The notes under the pieces: generated by a model
What the model was told of the DNA's origin: nothing
The model's input: the letters and a program-made list of their open reading frames with translations, nothing else
The model's database searches: none
Shown: piece after piece, positions 1 to 8,449 of the stretch
Layout: the number at the start of each line of letters is the position of its first letter
Numbering within the stretch: position 1 is the first letter of the stretch
Source: Pseudomonas aeruginosa PAO1
GTDB lineage: Bacteria > Pseudomonadota > Gammaproteobacteria > Pseudomonadales > Pseudomonadaceae
Assembly (NCBI RefSeq): GCF_000006765.1
Contig: NC_002516.2
Reading direction: 5' to 3' (one strand)
Length of the DNA: 64,000 bases
Position numbers and translations under genes: made by a program

Positions 1-306
1 GAACGTGGTGGAGACCGTCGACACCAGGCCGATCCGCGAGGTTTCGCGGGCGACCGCGGCAAGCAGTACGGTGGGATCCAGGCTGGCGAAGCCGGAGCCG
101 GTCTCCAGCACGTCCAGTGGCAGGCTGCTGACGTCCGGGCGAAACACGAAGTCGAGGTGGGCGGCTTCGGAGCGCCTGGCGATGTCGACGGCGAAATCGC
201 TGCCGAAGATGCCTTCGATGTTGCTGTCGGGGCGCCGCCAGGCATCGCCGCTGAGCCAGGTGGGGGCCAGCGACATGCCGATGTGCAGGCGTTTCGGGGT
301 ACTCAT
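1..306 (-). CDS. NtaA/DmoA-family FMN-dependent monooxygenase, N-terminal part (runs off window; PA4155-like)
   Basis: Manual translation from ATG at 306: MSTPKRLHIGMSLAPTWLSGDAWRRPDS...ARRSEAAHLDFVFRPD...LDPTVLLAAVARETSRIGLVSTVSTTF, typical of the luciferase-like NtaA/DszA family. AGGAGA RBS upstream. Confidence 0.8.
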   Translation of the reverse strand, partial: MSTPKRLHIGMSLAPTWLSGDAWRRPDSNIEGIFGSDFAVDIARRSEAAHLDFVFRPDVSSLPLDVLETGSGFASLDPTVLLAAVARETSRIGLVSTVSTTF

Positions 307-373
307 CGTGCCAATCTCCTGTATGGGCTCTGGGGCTGGGCCAGCCCTGCGCGGGGCCGGCTTCTCGGGGCGC

Positions 374-2458
374 CTAGAAGGTGCCCTTGATGCCGATGCC
401 GAGGGTCCGCGGCTGCGTCATGCTCGCCTCGATGCCGCCGATCCCCCGGTTTTCCTGCATGTAGGTGGGCGAGCGGTCGTCGAACACGTTCTTCACGTAG
501 CCATAGAGCTGCACCTGGTCGTTGAAGCGGTAGCTGGCGCGGGCGTCGGTGAGGGTGTAGGCCTTGATCGAGTAGGCCTTGGTGTTGGCGGTGTCCGAGT
601 AGTAGCCGTCCAGGTAGCGCACCTGGGCGTTCAGGTTGAGTCGCTCGGTGACGTCCCAGCTCGGTCCGAAGCTGAGGGTATAGCCCGGCGAGCGGGCGAA
701 CTCGTTGTGCTCGTAGCCGGTATTGCCGGACATCTCGTCGATCCGGGTGCGTAGCACGCCGGCGCTGGCCTTCAGCCGCAGGTCGTCGCGCAGGCGGTAG
801 TCGAGGTCCAGCTCCATGCCGTAGGCGTGGGCCTTCTCGGCGTTGATGGTGTACGACTGCGCCACCCCCGGCGAAACCACCACCGGGATGTTGTACTGGG
901 CGTCCTTGAAATCCATGAAGAACAGGTTGCCGTTCAGCAGCAGGCGGCCGTCGAGCAGGCTGGCGCGGGTGAACAGTTCGTAGTTCCAGATGGTTTCTTC
1001 CTTGAAGTAGGCCCAGTTGCGGGTAGTCAGGTTGAGCGACACGCCGCCGGGGTTGTAGCCGCGGCTGACCAGGCCGCCGACGGTCCAGTCCGGGGTTGCG
1101 GCGAAGGCCAGGGAGACTTTCGGCAGGAAGGCCGAGAAGGTCTTCTGGTAGTCCAGCGGACGCGGCGCCAGCACCGAGTTGCCGCTGCGCTCGATGCGAT
1201 CCTCCTGGTAGCGCAGGCCGGTGGTCAGGGTCCAGCGGTCGCTCAGGCGGTAGTTCAGCTCGCCGAACACACCGAGGTTCTTCTTCGTGTCGTCGAAGGC
1301 CGACAGCCCGCGCAGGTGCAGTGTCTCGTCGGTGCGGGTGCGGGCGTAGTAGACCCCGCCCATGCCGCTGATCCGGTCCTCCTGCTCGCCGAAGCTGATC
1401 CGCGATTCGTTGGAGGCGTTCTTCTGGCGGATGTCGGCGTCGCCCTCGCCGCCCGCGCCGGTGGTGCGGTGCACCGAGGACAGCGAGTACTGCGCCTGGT
1501 TGAACAGGCGGATGCCGTTGTCGAGGTCATAGGCGACGTCGAGGATGCTGGTGTTGGTGTCCTGCTCCCAGCTGGGCATGGTGGTCGAGCGATGGTCGAG
1601 CTTGTCGAACGGGCGGGTCGCCGCTTCCTGGGTCGGGCGGTTGTTGTCGTTGTGGGAGAAGGTGAACTTGCTCTCCAGGCCCGGAATTCCGCTGGGCAGC
1701 CAGAGCAGCTTGGCGCGCGCGTTGAGGGCGCGGAAGTCCTGGTCGGTGCCGCTGTCCTGGAACTTCGGGTTGTCGTAGTCGATGAAGGTGTCGCGGCCCG
1801 CGTAGTCCACCGCCAGGCGCCCGGCGAAGTCCTGCGCCAGCGGGCCGGACACTGCGATCGAGCTGCGCCGCGAATGGTAGCTGCCGATCTCCGCCTGGTA
1901 GGCAGCCTCGGGGCTGAAGGTCGGGTCCTTGGTGTTGACGATGATCGCCCCGGCGATGGCGTTGGCGCCCTGGGAGGTGGTCTGCGGGCCGCGGAACACC
2001 TCGATGCTGTCGACGTCCCAGACCGAGGTCGCGCCGAAGAACATCTCGTTGTAGTTCAGGTAGTGGCCATCGAGGTTGATCGTCGCCCGCGGCACTGTGC
2101 CGCCCCAGAACACGTTCTGCCCGTTGTTCGGGCCCTGGGTGTCCTGGCCGCGGATGATCGGCGCGCCCACCGAGTCGGTGTAGACCACGTTGGGACTGCC
2201 ATTGATCACCTCGGCGACCGAGGCGTTGCCGGTCTGCTTGCGGTCGATGTCGCGGGCGCTGGTGAGCGATACCGAGGACGCCGTGTCCTTCAGCGAGCGT
2301 TCACGTTTCTCGCCGGTCACGACCAGCGCCTCGAGGGCGGCGGGTTCGTCCTCGGCGGGCGGGTTTTCCCGGGCCAGTGCCGATGGCGAGGCGAGCAGGG
2401 TGGACAGCGTGACGACGCCGATTCCCCGGTTGAGCTTGCGGTGCGTGCGGGCGTTCAA
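374..2458 (-). CDS. fvbA: TonB-dependent catechol siderophore (vibriobactin) receptor
   Basis: Plug motif IEVFRGPQ..QGANAIAGAI, C-terminal PRTLGIGIKGTF, signal peptide. TTG start at 2458 with GGAG RBS gives 694 aa. Lies next to fep genes. Confidence 0.85.
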   Translation of the reverse strand: MNARTHRKLNRGIGVVTLSTLLASPSALARENPPAEDEPAALEALVVTGEKRERSLKDTASSVSLTSARDIDRKQTGNASVAEVINGSPNVVYTDSVGAPIIRGQDTQGPNNGQNVFWGGTVPRATINLDGHYLNYNEMFFGATSVWDVDSIEVFRGPQTTSQGANAIAGAIIVNTKDPTFSPEAAYQAEIGSYHSRRSSIAVSGPLAQDFAGRLAVDYAGRDTFIDYDNPKFQDSGTDQDFRALNARAKLLWLPSGIPGLESKFTFSHNDNNRPTQEAATRPFDKLDHRSTTMPSWEQDTNTSILDVAYDLDNGIRLFNQAQYSLSSVHRTTGAGGEGDADIRQKNASNESRISFGEQEDRISGMGGVYYARTRTDETLHLRGLSAFDDTKKNLGVFGELNYRLSDRWTLTTGLRYQEDRIERSGNSVLAPRPLDYQKTFSAFLPKVSLAFAATPDWTVGGLVSRGYNPGGVSLNLTTRNWAYFKEETIWNYELFTRASLLDGRLLLNGNLFFMDFKDAQYNIPVVVSPGVAQSYTINAEKAHAYGMELDLDYRLRDDLRLKASAGVLRTRIDEMSGNTGYEHNEFARSPGYTLSFGPSWDVTERLNLNAQVRYLDGYYSDTANTKAYSIKAYTLTDARASYRFNDQVQLYGYVKNVFDDRSPTYMQENRGIGGIEASMTQPRTLGIGIKGTF

Positions 2459-2525
2459 GGATCTTCTCCAAATGGGAATGACTCTCTTTTCCATTCAGGC
2501 TATCACGCCACCAGAACATTCCTCA

Positions 2526-2545
2526 ATGGGGAATAGATTCCTCAT
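2526..2545. promoter_or_regulatory. Palindromic operator ATGGGGAATAGATTCCTCAT (putative IclR site) upstream of fvbA
   Basis: Imperfect inverted repeat, 16/20 identical to the palindrome at 4336-4355. Confidence 0.55.
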
Positions 2546-2683
2546 TGCGAAATATGAAATCTCCTACGCCCGTCCCTTCCGCGGCGCCCCACCGCCCCGG
2601 GGAATCGGTATCATGGGCGCCGCCCGCGCCACCGCAGCGCGGACCGAAGCCTATGGATCAACCGTGGTGAGGAGACCGAGCCG

Positions 2684-3502
2684 TTGAATACTTCGCAGCC
2701 CCCGGCGGACGAGATGCCGGACGCCCCGGGCGAAAAGCGCTCCGGCACCATCCAGTCGGTGTCCATCGCCGCGCGCTTCCTGAAGACCCTGGCCAACGCC
2801 GAAGGCGAACTGGCCCTCGGCGAAGTGGCCCGGCGCACCGGCACCGGCGGCTCCACCGCGCACCGCTACCTGCAGAGCCTGGTGAAGGAAGGCCTGGCCC
2901 GCCAGGACCCGCTCAGCGGTCTCTACGACCTCGGGCCGGCGGCGCTGAGCATCGGCATAGGCGCGCTGAAGCGGATCGACGCGGTGGATATCGCCGCCCG
3001 CCACATGAAGGCCCTGGCCCAACGGCATGCCGCCAGCGGCGGGGTGGCGATCTGGACCGAGCGCGGCCCGACCCTGGTGCGCTGGTACCGCAGCGCCTAT
3101 TTCTCGATCAACCCGCTGGCCCTGGGCGATATCCTGCCCATCGACAATACCGCTTGCGGCCTGGTGTTCCAGGCCTTCCTGCCGAAGGCCGTGGTCGACG
3201 CCGCGCGCAAGCAGCAACCGGCGCACTTCCGCGGCAGCCCGCCGAGCCGCGCGCTGCTCGACGAGGTGCGTGAGCGCTGCTGGGCCGAACTGACCAGCCA
3301 CCTGCTGTCGAATGTCACCGGCCAGGCGGCGCCGGTGTTCGACGCCCAGCAGGAGATCGTCTGCGCCATGACCACGGTGACCGATCTCGGCCAGTTGCAG
3401 TCGGCGGAAGACCGCGACGCGCTGTTCCACGAGGCGCTGCAGGTCAACCAGTCCACCGGTGGCCTGGTACTCCACCCCGGCATGCGGCCGCCGCCGCGCT
3501 GA
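2684..3502 (+). CDS. IclR-family transcriptional regulator
   Basis: N-terminal HTH (TIQSVSIAARFLKTL...LGEVARRTGTGGSTAHRYLQSLVKEG...YDLG) and IclR effector domain. TTG start with GAGGAG RBS. Confidence 0.9.
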   Translation: MNTSQPPADEMPDAPGEKRSGTIQSVSIAARFLKTLANAEGELALGEVARRTGTGGSTAHRYLQSLVKEGLARQDPLSGLYDLGPAALSIGIGALKRIDAVDIAARHMKALAQRHAASGGVAIWTERGPTLVRWYRSAYFSINPLALGDILPIDNTACGLVFQAFLPKAVVDAARKQQPAHFRGSPPSRALLDEVRERCWAELTSHLLSNVTGQAAPVFDAQQEIVCAMTTVTDLGQLQSAEDRDALFHEALQVNQSTGGLVLHPGMRPPPR

Positions 3503-3508
3503 GCCACC

Positions 3509-4306
3509 TCAGCCCGGCGCGTCGGCGGCGATCCCGCGCGGCACCAGCAGCGGCGTGCCGCTGACCGGGTCGGCGATGATCAACGAGCGCAAGCCGAACA
3601 CCTCCTCCACCAGACGCTCGGTGAAGATATGCGCCGGCGCGCCCTCGGCGAGGATCGCGCCGTCACGCATGGCGATCAGGTGCGAGGCATAGCGGCAGGC
3701 CTGGTTGAGGTCGTGCAGCACGGCGACGATGGTGCGCCCCTGGCGATTCAGCTCGGCGAGCAGTTCGAGCAATTCGATCTGGTGGACGATATCCAGGTAG
3801 GTGGTTGGCTCGTCGAGCAGCAGCAACGGGGTTTCCTGCGCCAGCACCATGGCGATCCACACGCGTTGCCGCTGGCCGCCGGAGAGCGCATCGAGCGGTC
3901 GCTCGGCCAGGCCGTCGACCCGCGTGGCGCGTAACGCCGCCGCTACCGCGCGCTCATCCGCCGGCGACCACTGGCGCAGGAACGACTGGTGCGGATAGCG
4001 CCCGCGCGCCACCAGCTCGGCCACCGTGATGCCATCCGGCGCCAGCGCGCTCTGCGGCAGCAGGCCGAGACGCCGCGCCACTTCCCGTCCCGGCAGGCTG
4101 TGGATATCCCTGCCGTCCAGCACCACCCGGCCCTCGGCCGGCGCCAACAGGCGCGACAATGCCGCCAGCAGGGTCGACTTGCCGCAGGCGTTGGGCCCGA
4201 CGATCACACTGAACGAACCCTCGGGGATGGCCAGCGAGAGATTCCGCGAAACGGTCCGCGCGTCGCGGCGCAAGGTCACGGCGTCCGCGTGCAGGCGATG
4301 GGTCAT
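3509..4306 (-). CDS. fepC: Ferric siderophore ABC transporter ATP-binding subunit
   Basis: Walker A GPNACGKST, signature LSGGQRQR, Walker B LLLLDEPT, HDLNQA. Confidence 0.92.
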   Translation of the reverse strand: MTHRLHADAVTLRRDARTVSRNLSLAIPEGSFSVIVGPNACGKSTLLAALSRLLAPAEGRVVLDGRDIHSLPGREVARRLGLLPQSALAPDGITVAELVARGRYPHQSFLRQWSPADERAVAAALRATRVDGLAERPLDALSGGQRQRVWIAMVLAQETPLLLLDEPTTYLDIVHQIELLELLAELNRQGRTIVAVLHDLNQACRYASHLIAMRDGAILAEGAPAHIFTERLVEEVFGLRSLIIADPVSGTPLLVPRGIAADAPG

Positions 4307-4335
4307 GGGAGGTTCCTGGATGAGATGGCTCGAAT

Positions 4336-4355
4336 ATGTGGAATCGATTCTACAT
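4336..4355. promoter_or_regulatory. Palindromic operator ATGTGGAATCGATTCTACAT between divergent fepC and fepB
   Basis: 18/20 self-complementary; matches the site upstream of fvbA. Confidence 0.6.
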
Positions 4356-4366
4356 TATGGAATAGA

Positions 4367-4385
4367 CTGCATGAGAAGCATTATC
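4367..4385. promoter_or_regulatory. Fur box
   Basis: CTGCATGAGAAGCATTATC, 13/19 match to GATAATGATAATCATTATC with a perfect CATTATC half, between iron-uptake genes. Confidence 0.65.
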
Positions 4386-4431
4386 ATATGAATCCGTCCG
4401 CCCGGCTTCCCCTACAGCGAAAACAGCCTTC

Positions 4432-5337
4432 ATGCCGACCCGCCGCCGCTCCGCCCTGCCATTACTCGCCCTCGCCCTGAGCCTGTTCGCCATCCTCGCC
4501 GCGGCCGGGGAGCCGAAGCCGGCGCGGATCGTCTCCACCACCCCGAGCGTCACCGGCATCCTGCTGGCGATGGACGCGCCGCTGGTGGCCAGCGCCGCCA
4601 CCACGCCAAGTCGCCTGACCGACGCCAAGGGCTTCTTCTCGCAATGGGCGAAGGTCGCCGACCAGCGTGGCGTCGAGGTGCTCTACCGCAACCTGCGCTT
4701 CGACATCGAAGCGGTGATCGCCCAGGATCCGGACCTGCTGGTCGCCTCCGCCACCGGCGCCGACAGCGCCGCGCCATACCGTGCGGAGCTGGAGGCGCAG
4801 GGCGTACCGACGCTGGTGGTCGACTACTCGAAACACAGCTGGCAGGAACTGGCTACCGAGCTGGGCCGGCACACCGGCCTGGAACGCCAGGCGCAGGCCG
4901 CCATCCAGCGCTTCGACGCCTACACCGCCGAAGTCGCCGCGGCCATCGCGCCGCCGCAGGGCCCGGTCAGTGTGGTCGGCTACAACATCGCCGGCAGCTA
5001 TTCCATCGGCCGCCAGGCCAGCCCCCAGGCACGCCTGCTCGAAGCCCTCGGCTTCCAGGTGGCGGAACTACCGGAGGCGCTGGCGGGCAAGGTGACGCGC
5101 GCCTCGGACTTCCAGTTCATCTCGCGGGAAAACCTGCCCGCCGCCATCGCCGGCGACAGCGTGTTCCTGCTCGGCGCCAGCGACGACGACGTGCAGGCGT
5201 TCCTCGCCGACCCGGTGCTGGCCAACCTGTCGGCGGTGCGCGAAAAGCGCGTGTACGCTCTGGGCCCCAGTTCCTTCCGCATCGACTACTACTCGGGGCG
5301 GCAGATGATCGACAACGTCGCCCGCCATTTCCGCTGA
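4432..5337 (+). CDS. fepB: Ferri-catecholate siderophore periplasmic binding protein
   Basis: Signal peptide; RIVSTTPSVTGILLA, EAVIAQDPDLLV and SFRIDYYS motifs of FepB. Confidence 0.9.
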   Translation: MPTRRRSALPLLALALSLFAILAAAGEPKPARIVSTTPSVTGILLAMDAPLVASAATTPSRLTDAKGFFSQWAKVADQRGVEVLYRNLRFDIEAVIAQDPDLLVASATGADSAAPYRAELEAQGVPTLVVDYSKHSWQELATELGRHTGLERQAQAAIQRFDAYTAEVAAAIAPPQGPVSVVGYNIAGSYSIGRQASPQARLLEALGFQVAELPEALAGKVTRASDFQFISRENLPAAIAGDSVFLLGASDDDVQAFLADPVLANLSAVREKRVYALGPSSFRIDYYSGRQMIDNVARHFR

Positions 5338-5367
5338 GCCATGCGCCCGTTCGCAGGAAGTCCGCTT

Positions 5368-6390
5368 ATGCAAGCGTCCCCGATGCGCCGCCGGCGCCTG
5401 CGCGCCTGGGGCCTGCTCGCCGGCGCGCTGCTGCTCGCGCTGGCGGCCCTGGCCAGCCTGGCGCTGGGCTCGCGGCCGGTGCCCCTGGCGGTCACCCTGG
5501 ATGCCCTGCAAGCCGTCGATCCGCACGATGATCGCCACCTGGTGGTACGCGAACTGCGCCTGCCGCGCACCCTGGTGGCGCTGCTGGCCGGTGCGGCACT
5601 GGGAGTGGCCGGCGCGCTGATGCAGGCGCTGACGCGCAATCCGCTGGCCGAACCCGGCCTGCTGGGAATCAACGCCGGCGCGGCGCTGGCGGTGATCGTC
5701 GGGGTCGCGCTGTTCGACCTGGCGAGCATGGGCCAGTACCTCGGTTGCGCCTTCCTCGGCGCCGGCCTGGCCGGCATCGCCGTATTCCTTCTCGGCCAGG
5801 CCCGCGAGACCGGCACCAACCCGGTGCGCCTGGTGCTGGCGGGTGCCGGCTTGTCGGTGATGCTCGCCTCGCTGACCGGGATCATCGTGCTGAACGCCCC
5901 GCCGGAAGTCTTCGACCGCTTCCGCCACTGGGCCGCCGGCTCGCTTTCCGGCAGCGGCTTCGCCCTGCTCGGATGGCCGGGCCTGGCCATCGGCGCCGGG
6001 CTGGCCGCCGCCTTCGCCCTCGCCGCCAGGCTCAATGCCCTGGCCCTGGGCCAGGAGATTGGCCAGGCGCTCGGCGTCGACCTGCGCCTGACCTGGTTGC
6101 TCGCCTGCCTGGCGGTGATGCTGCTGGCCGGCGCGGCGACCGCCCTGGCCGGGCCGATCGCCTTCGTCGGCCTGGTCGCCCCGCACCTCGCGCGACTGCT
6201 GGCCGGACCGGACCAGCGCTGGATCCTGCCTTTCTCGGCGCTGATCGCCGCCGGCCTGCTGCTCGGCGCCGACATCCTCGGGCGGCTGCTGGCGGCGCCG
6301 ACGGAGATCGCCGCCGGAATCGTCGCTTTGCTGCTCGGCGGACCGGCCTTCATCGTCCTGGTCAGGCGCTTCCGCCTGAGCCGCCTGTGA
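5368..6390 (+). CDS. fepD: Ferric siderophore ABC permease
   Basis: FecCD family: LRLPRT, QALTRNPLAEPGLLG, GPIAFVGLVAPH. ATG at 5368 has an AGGA RBS. Confidence 0.9.
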   Translation: MQASPMRRRRLRAWGLLAGALLLALAALASLALGSRPVPLAVTLDALQAVDPHDDRHLVVRELRLPRTLVALLAGAALGVAGALMQALTRNPLAEPGLLGINAGAALAVIVGVALFDLASMGQYLGCAFLGAGLAGIAVFLLGQARETGTNPVRLVLAGAGLSVMLASLTGIIVLNAPPEVFDRFRHWAAGSLSGSGFALLGWPGLAIGAGLAAAFALAARLNALALGQEIGQALGVDLRLTWLLACLAVMLLAGAATALAGPIAFVGLVAPHLARLLAGPDQRWILPFSALIAAGLLLGADILGRLLAAPTEIAAGIVALLLGGPAFIVLVRRFRLSRL

Positions 6391-7418
6391 ACGGTCTCCA
6401 CGCCCTGCGCCAGGGTTCCCTGTCGCTGCGTTGGCGGCCACGGGCGGCGCTGGCCTGCCTGGTCCTCGCGGGGATCGGGCTGGCGCTGGCGGCGGCCCTG
6501 CTGGGGACCGGCAGCCTGGCGCTGGGCCCGGCAGAGGTGTTCGCCAGCCTACTCGGCCAGGGCCAGGACCCCACCGCCCAGCGCATCGTCCAGCGCGTGC
6601 GCCTGCCACGGGTGCTCACCGCCTGCCTGGTCGGCGCCGCGCTGGGCATGGCCGGGGCGATCTTCCAGTCGATCTCGCGCAATCCGCTGGGCTCGCCCGA
6701 CGTCATCGGTTTCACCACCGGCGCCGCCAGCGGCGCCATCGTGCAGATCATCCTGTTCGATGCCGGCCCGCTGGCCACCTCGCTGGCGGCGCTGGCCGCC
6801 GGCCTCTGCACGGCGCTGGCGGTGGTGCTGCTGGCGCGCCGGGGCGCCACCGCCGGCGGCTACCGCCTGGTGCTGGTGGGCATCGGTGTCGGCGCCAGCC
6901 TGTCGGGCCTGAACAGCCTGCTGCTGGTCACCGGCAACCTCGACCAGGCGATGTACGCCCAGCTCTGGCTGGCCGGCTCGCTGAACACCCGGACCTGGTC
7001 GCACGTCGTCCCGGCAGCGCTGGGCCTGCTCGCCAGCGTGCCGCTGGCGCTGTACCACGGTCGTCGCCTGGAAGTGCTGGAGCTGGGCGATGCCAGCGCC
7101 GCCCAGCTCGGCGTGGCGGTGGAGCGCGTGCGCTTGCAGATGGTCCTGGTCGCCGTCGGCATGACCGCCATCGCCACCGCCGCGGCCGGCCCCATCGCCT
7201 TCATCGCCCTGGCCGGCCCGCAACTGGCCCGGCGCCTGACCCGCTCGGCCGGGGTGCCGTTGCTGTCCGGCGCATTGATGGGCGCGGTCCTGCTGCTGGC
7301 CGCCGACCTGCTCGGCCAGCGCCTGGCATACGTCGCCAACCTGCCGATCGGCCTGATGACCGGCCTGCTCGGCGGTTTCTACCTGCTCTGGCTACTGCTG
7401 CGCAGCCGCCGGATCTGA
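6387..7418 (+). CDS. fepG: Ferric siderophore ABC permease
   Basis: GTG start overlaps the fepD stop (GTGA). VRLPRV, QSISRNPLGSPDVIG, GPIAFIALAGPQ. Confidence 0.9.
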   Translation: MNGLHALRQGSLSLRWRPRAALACLVLAGIGLALAAALLGTGSLALGPAEVFASLLGQGQDPTAQRIVQRVRLPRVLTACLVGAALGMAGAIFQSISRNPLGSPDVIGFTTGAASGAIVQIILFDAGPLATSLAALAAGLCTALAVVLLARRGATAGGYRLVLVGIGVGASLSGLNSLLLVTGNLDQAMYAQLWLAGSLNTRTWSHVVPAALGLLASVPLALYHGRRLEVLELGDASAAQLGVAVERVRLQMVLVAVGMTAIATAAAGPIAFIALAGPQLARRLTRSAGVPLLSGALMGAVLLLAADLLGQRLAYVANLPIGLMTGLLGGFYLLWLLLRSRRI

Positions 7419-7428
7419 AGCCCCGGCC

Positions 7429-8145
7429 TCAACGACCGCCCAGGCTGCCGCCGCCGTCGACACCGATCACCTGGCCGGTGACGAACGAAGCGCCCTCGCT
7501 GAGCAGGAACTCGATCAGCGCGGCCACTTCGTCCGGCCGCCCGAGCCGCTGCATGGGGATGGTCGAGAGAATCCGCCGTTCCTCCTCGCCGCCGACCGGG
7601 CGGGTCTGGCGGAACAGCTCGGTCTCGATCGGCCCGGGCGCCACCGCGTTGACCGTGATGCCCAGCGGCGCCAGCTCCAGCGCCCAGGTGCGAGTCACCC
7701 CGACCAGCGCGCTCTTCGCCGCGGCGTAGGCGGTGCGTTCGCGGGCGCCGTGGATCGCCCGGCTGCACAGGTTGACGATGCGGCCCGCCGGCGAACGCTT
7801 GAGCCCCGGCAGGCAGGCCTGGGCAAGCTGCACGGCGACCCGCACGTTGAGGTCGAAGACCTGTTGCAGAGCGGCCAGGTCGAGGTTCTCCAGGCTTTGC
7901 GGCAAGGCGATCCCGGCGTTGTTGACCAAGGCATCCACGGCGCTTTCCGAGAGCAATCCGCGCAGCGTCTCGGCGGTTTGCGCAGGATCGGCCAGGTCGC
8001 AGCACAGCAGACGTCCAGGAAAGTCGTCGCTCGCATGGCGGGCGATGCCCACTACACTCCAGCCGGAGGCCGCCAAGCGCCTGGCCAGGGCCAGGCCGAT
8101 GCCACGGGTGGCGCCGGTGACCAGCGCGGTACGATGATTCGTCAT
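7429..8145 (-). CDS. Short-chain dehydrogenase/reductase
   Basis: [17 protein letters not shown] catalytic motif, [17 protein letters not shown]. Confidence 0.9.
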   Translation of the reverse strand: MTNHRTALVTGATRGIGLALARRLAASGWSVVGIARHASDDFPGRLLCCDLADPAQTAETLRGLLSESAVDALVNNAGIALPQSLENLDLAALQQVFDLNVRVAVQLAQACLPGLKRSPAGRIVNLCSRAIHGARERTAYAAAKSALVGVTRTWALELAPLGITVNAVAPGPIETELFRQTRPVGGEEERRILSTIPMQRLGRPDEVAALIEFLLSEGASFVTGQVIGVDGGGSLGGR

Positions 8146-8449
8146 GACGATTCCCCTGTGTGAAATGGTCCCCCCGACGCCGCACCTTACGCCTCGCCGG
8201 CGGCCGGCGACAGCCCGCGGACTTTCTCCGACGCCGCGCTTCGGCGGCAACCCCAGACACTGGCCAGGACCTGCGAGGCCGTTGCCGCGCCCCGCCAGGG
8301 AAGCCGCGAGCGCCGGCCAGGATGTACACTGCATCCCCTGTATCGACCCGGCCGCCTCGCGGCCCCCGTCGCAGCAAGCAGAGAACAAGAGGAACGATGA
8401 TGAGCGTCGCTAACGGTCTCCCCGTCTCCATTCGCCAGGCGGTGACAGC

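Noticed and set aside
5-754. 249-aa plus-strand ORF at the window start
   Set aside because: Shadow of fvbA and the minus-strand monooxygenase, which has clear family motifs and an RBS.
2459-2494. Longer upstream starts given by the ORF track (fvbA 2494; also 5341, 12077, 16836, 23888, 24845, 28156, 37559, 47919, 51985, 53160)
   Set aside because: Downstream starts have better RBSs and align with family N-termini; the extensions overlap operators or promoters.
2531-2549. Fur box upstream of fvbA
   Set aside because: The best ungapped alignment I found was about 9/19. Fur control is plausible, but I cannot support a specific box.
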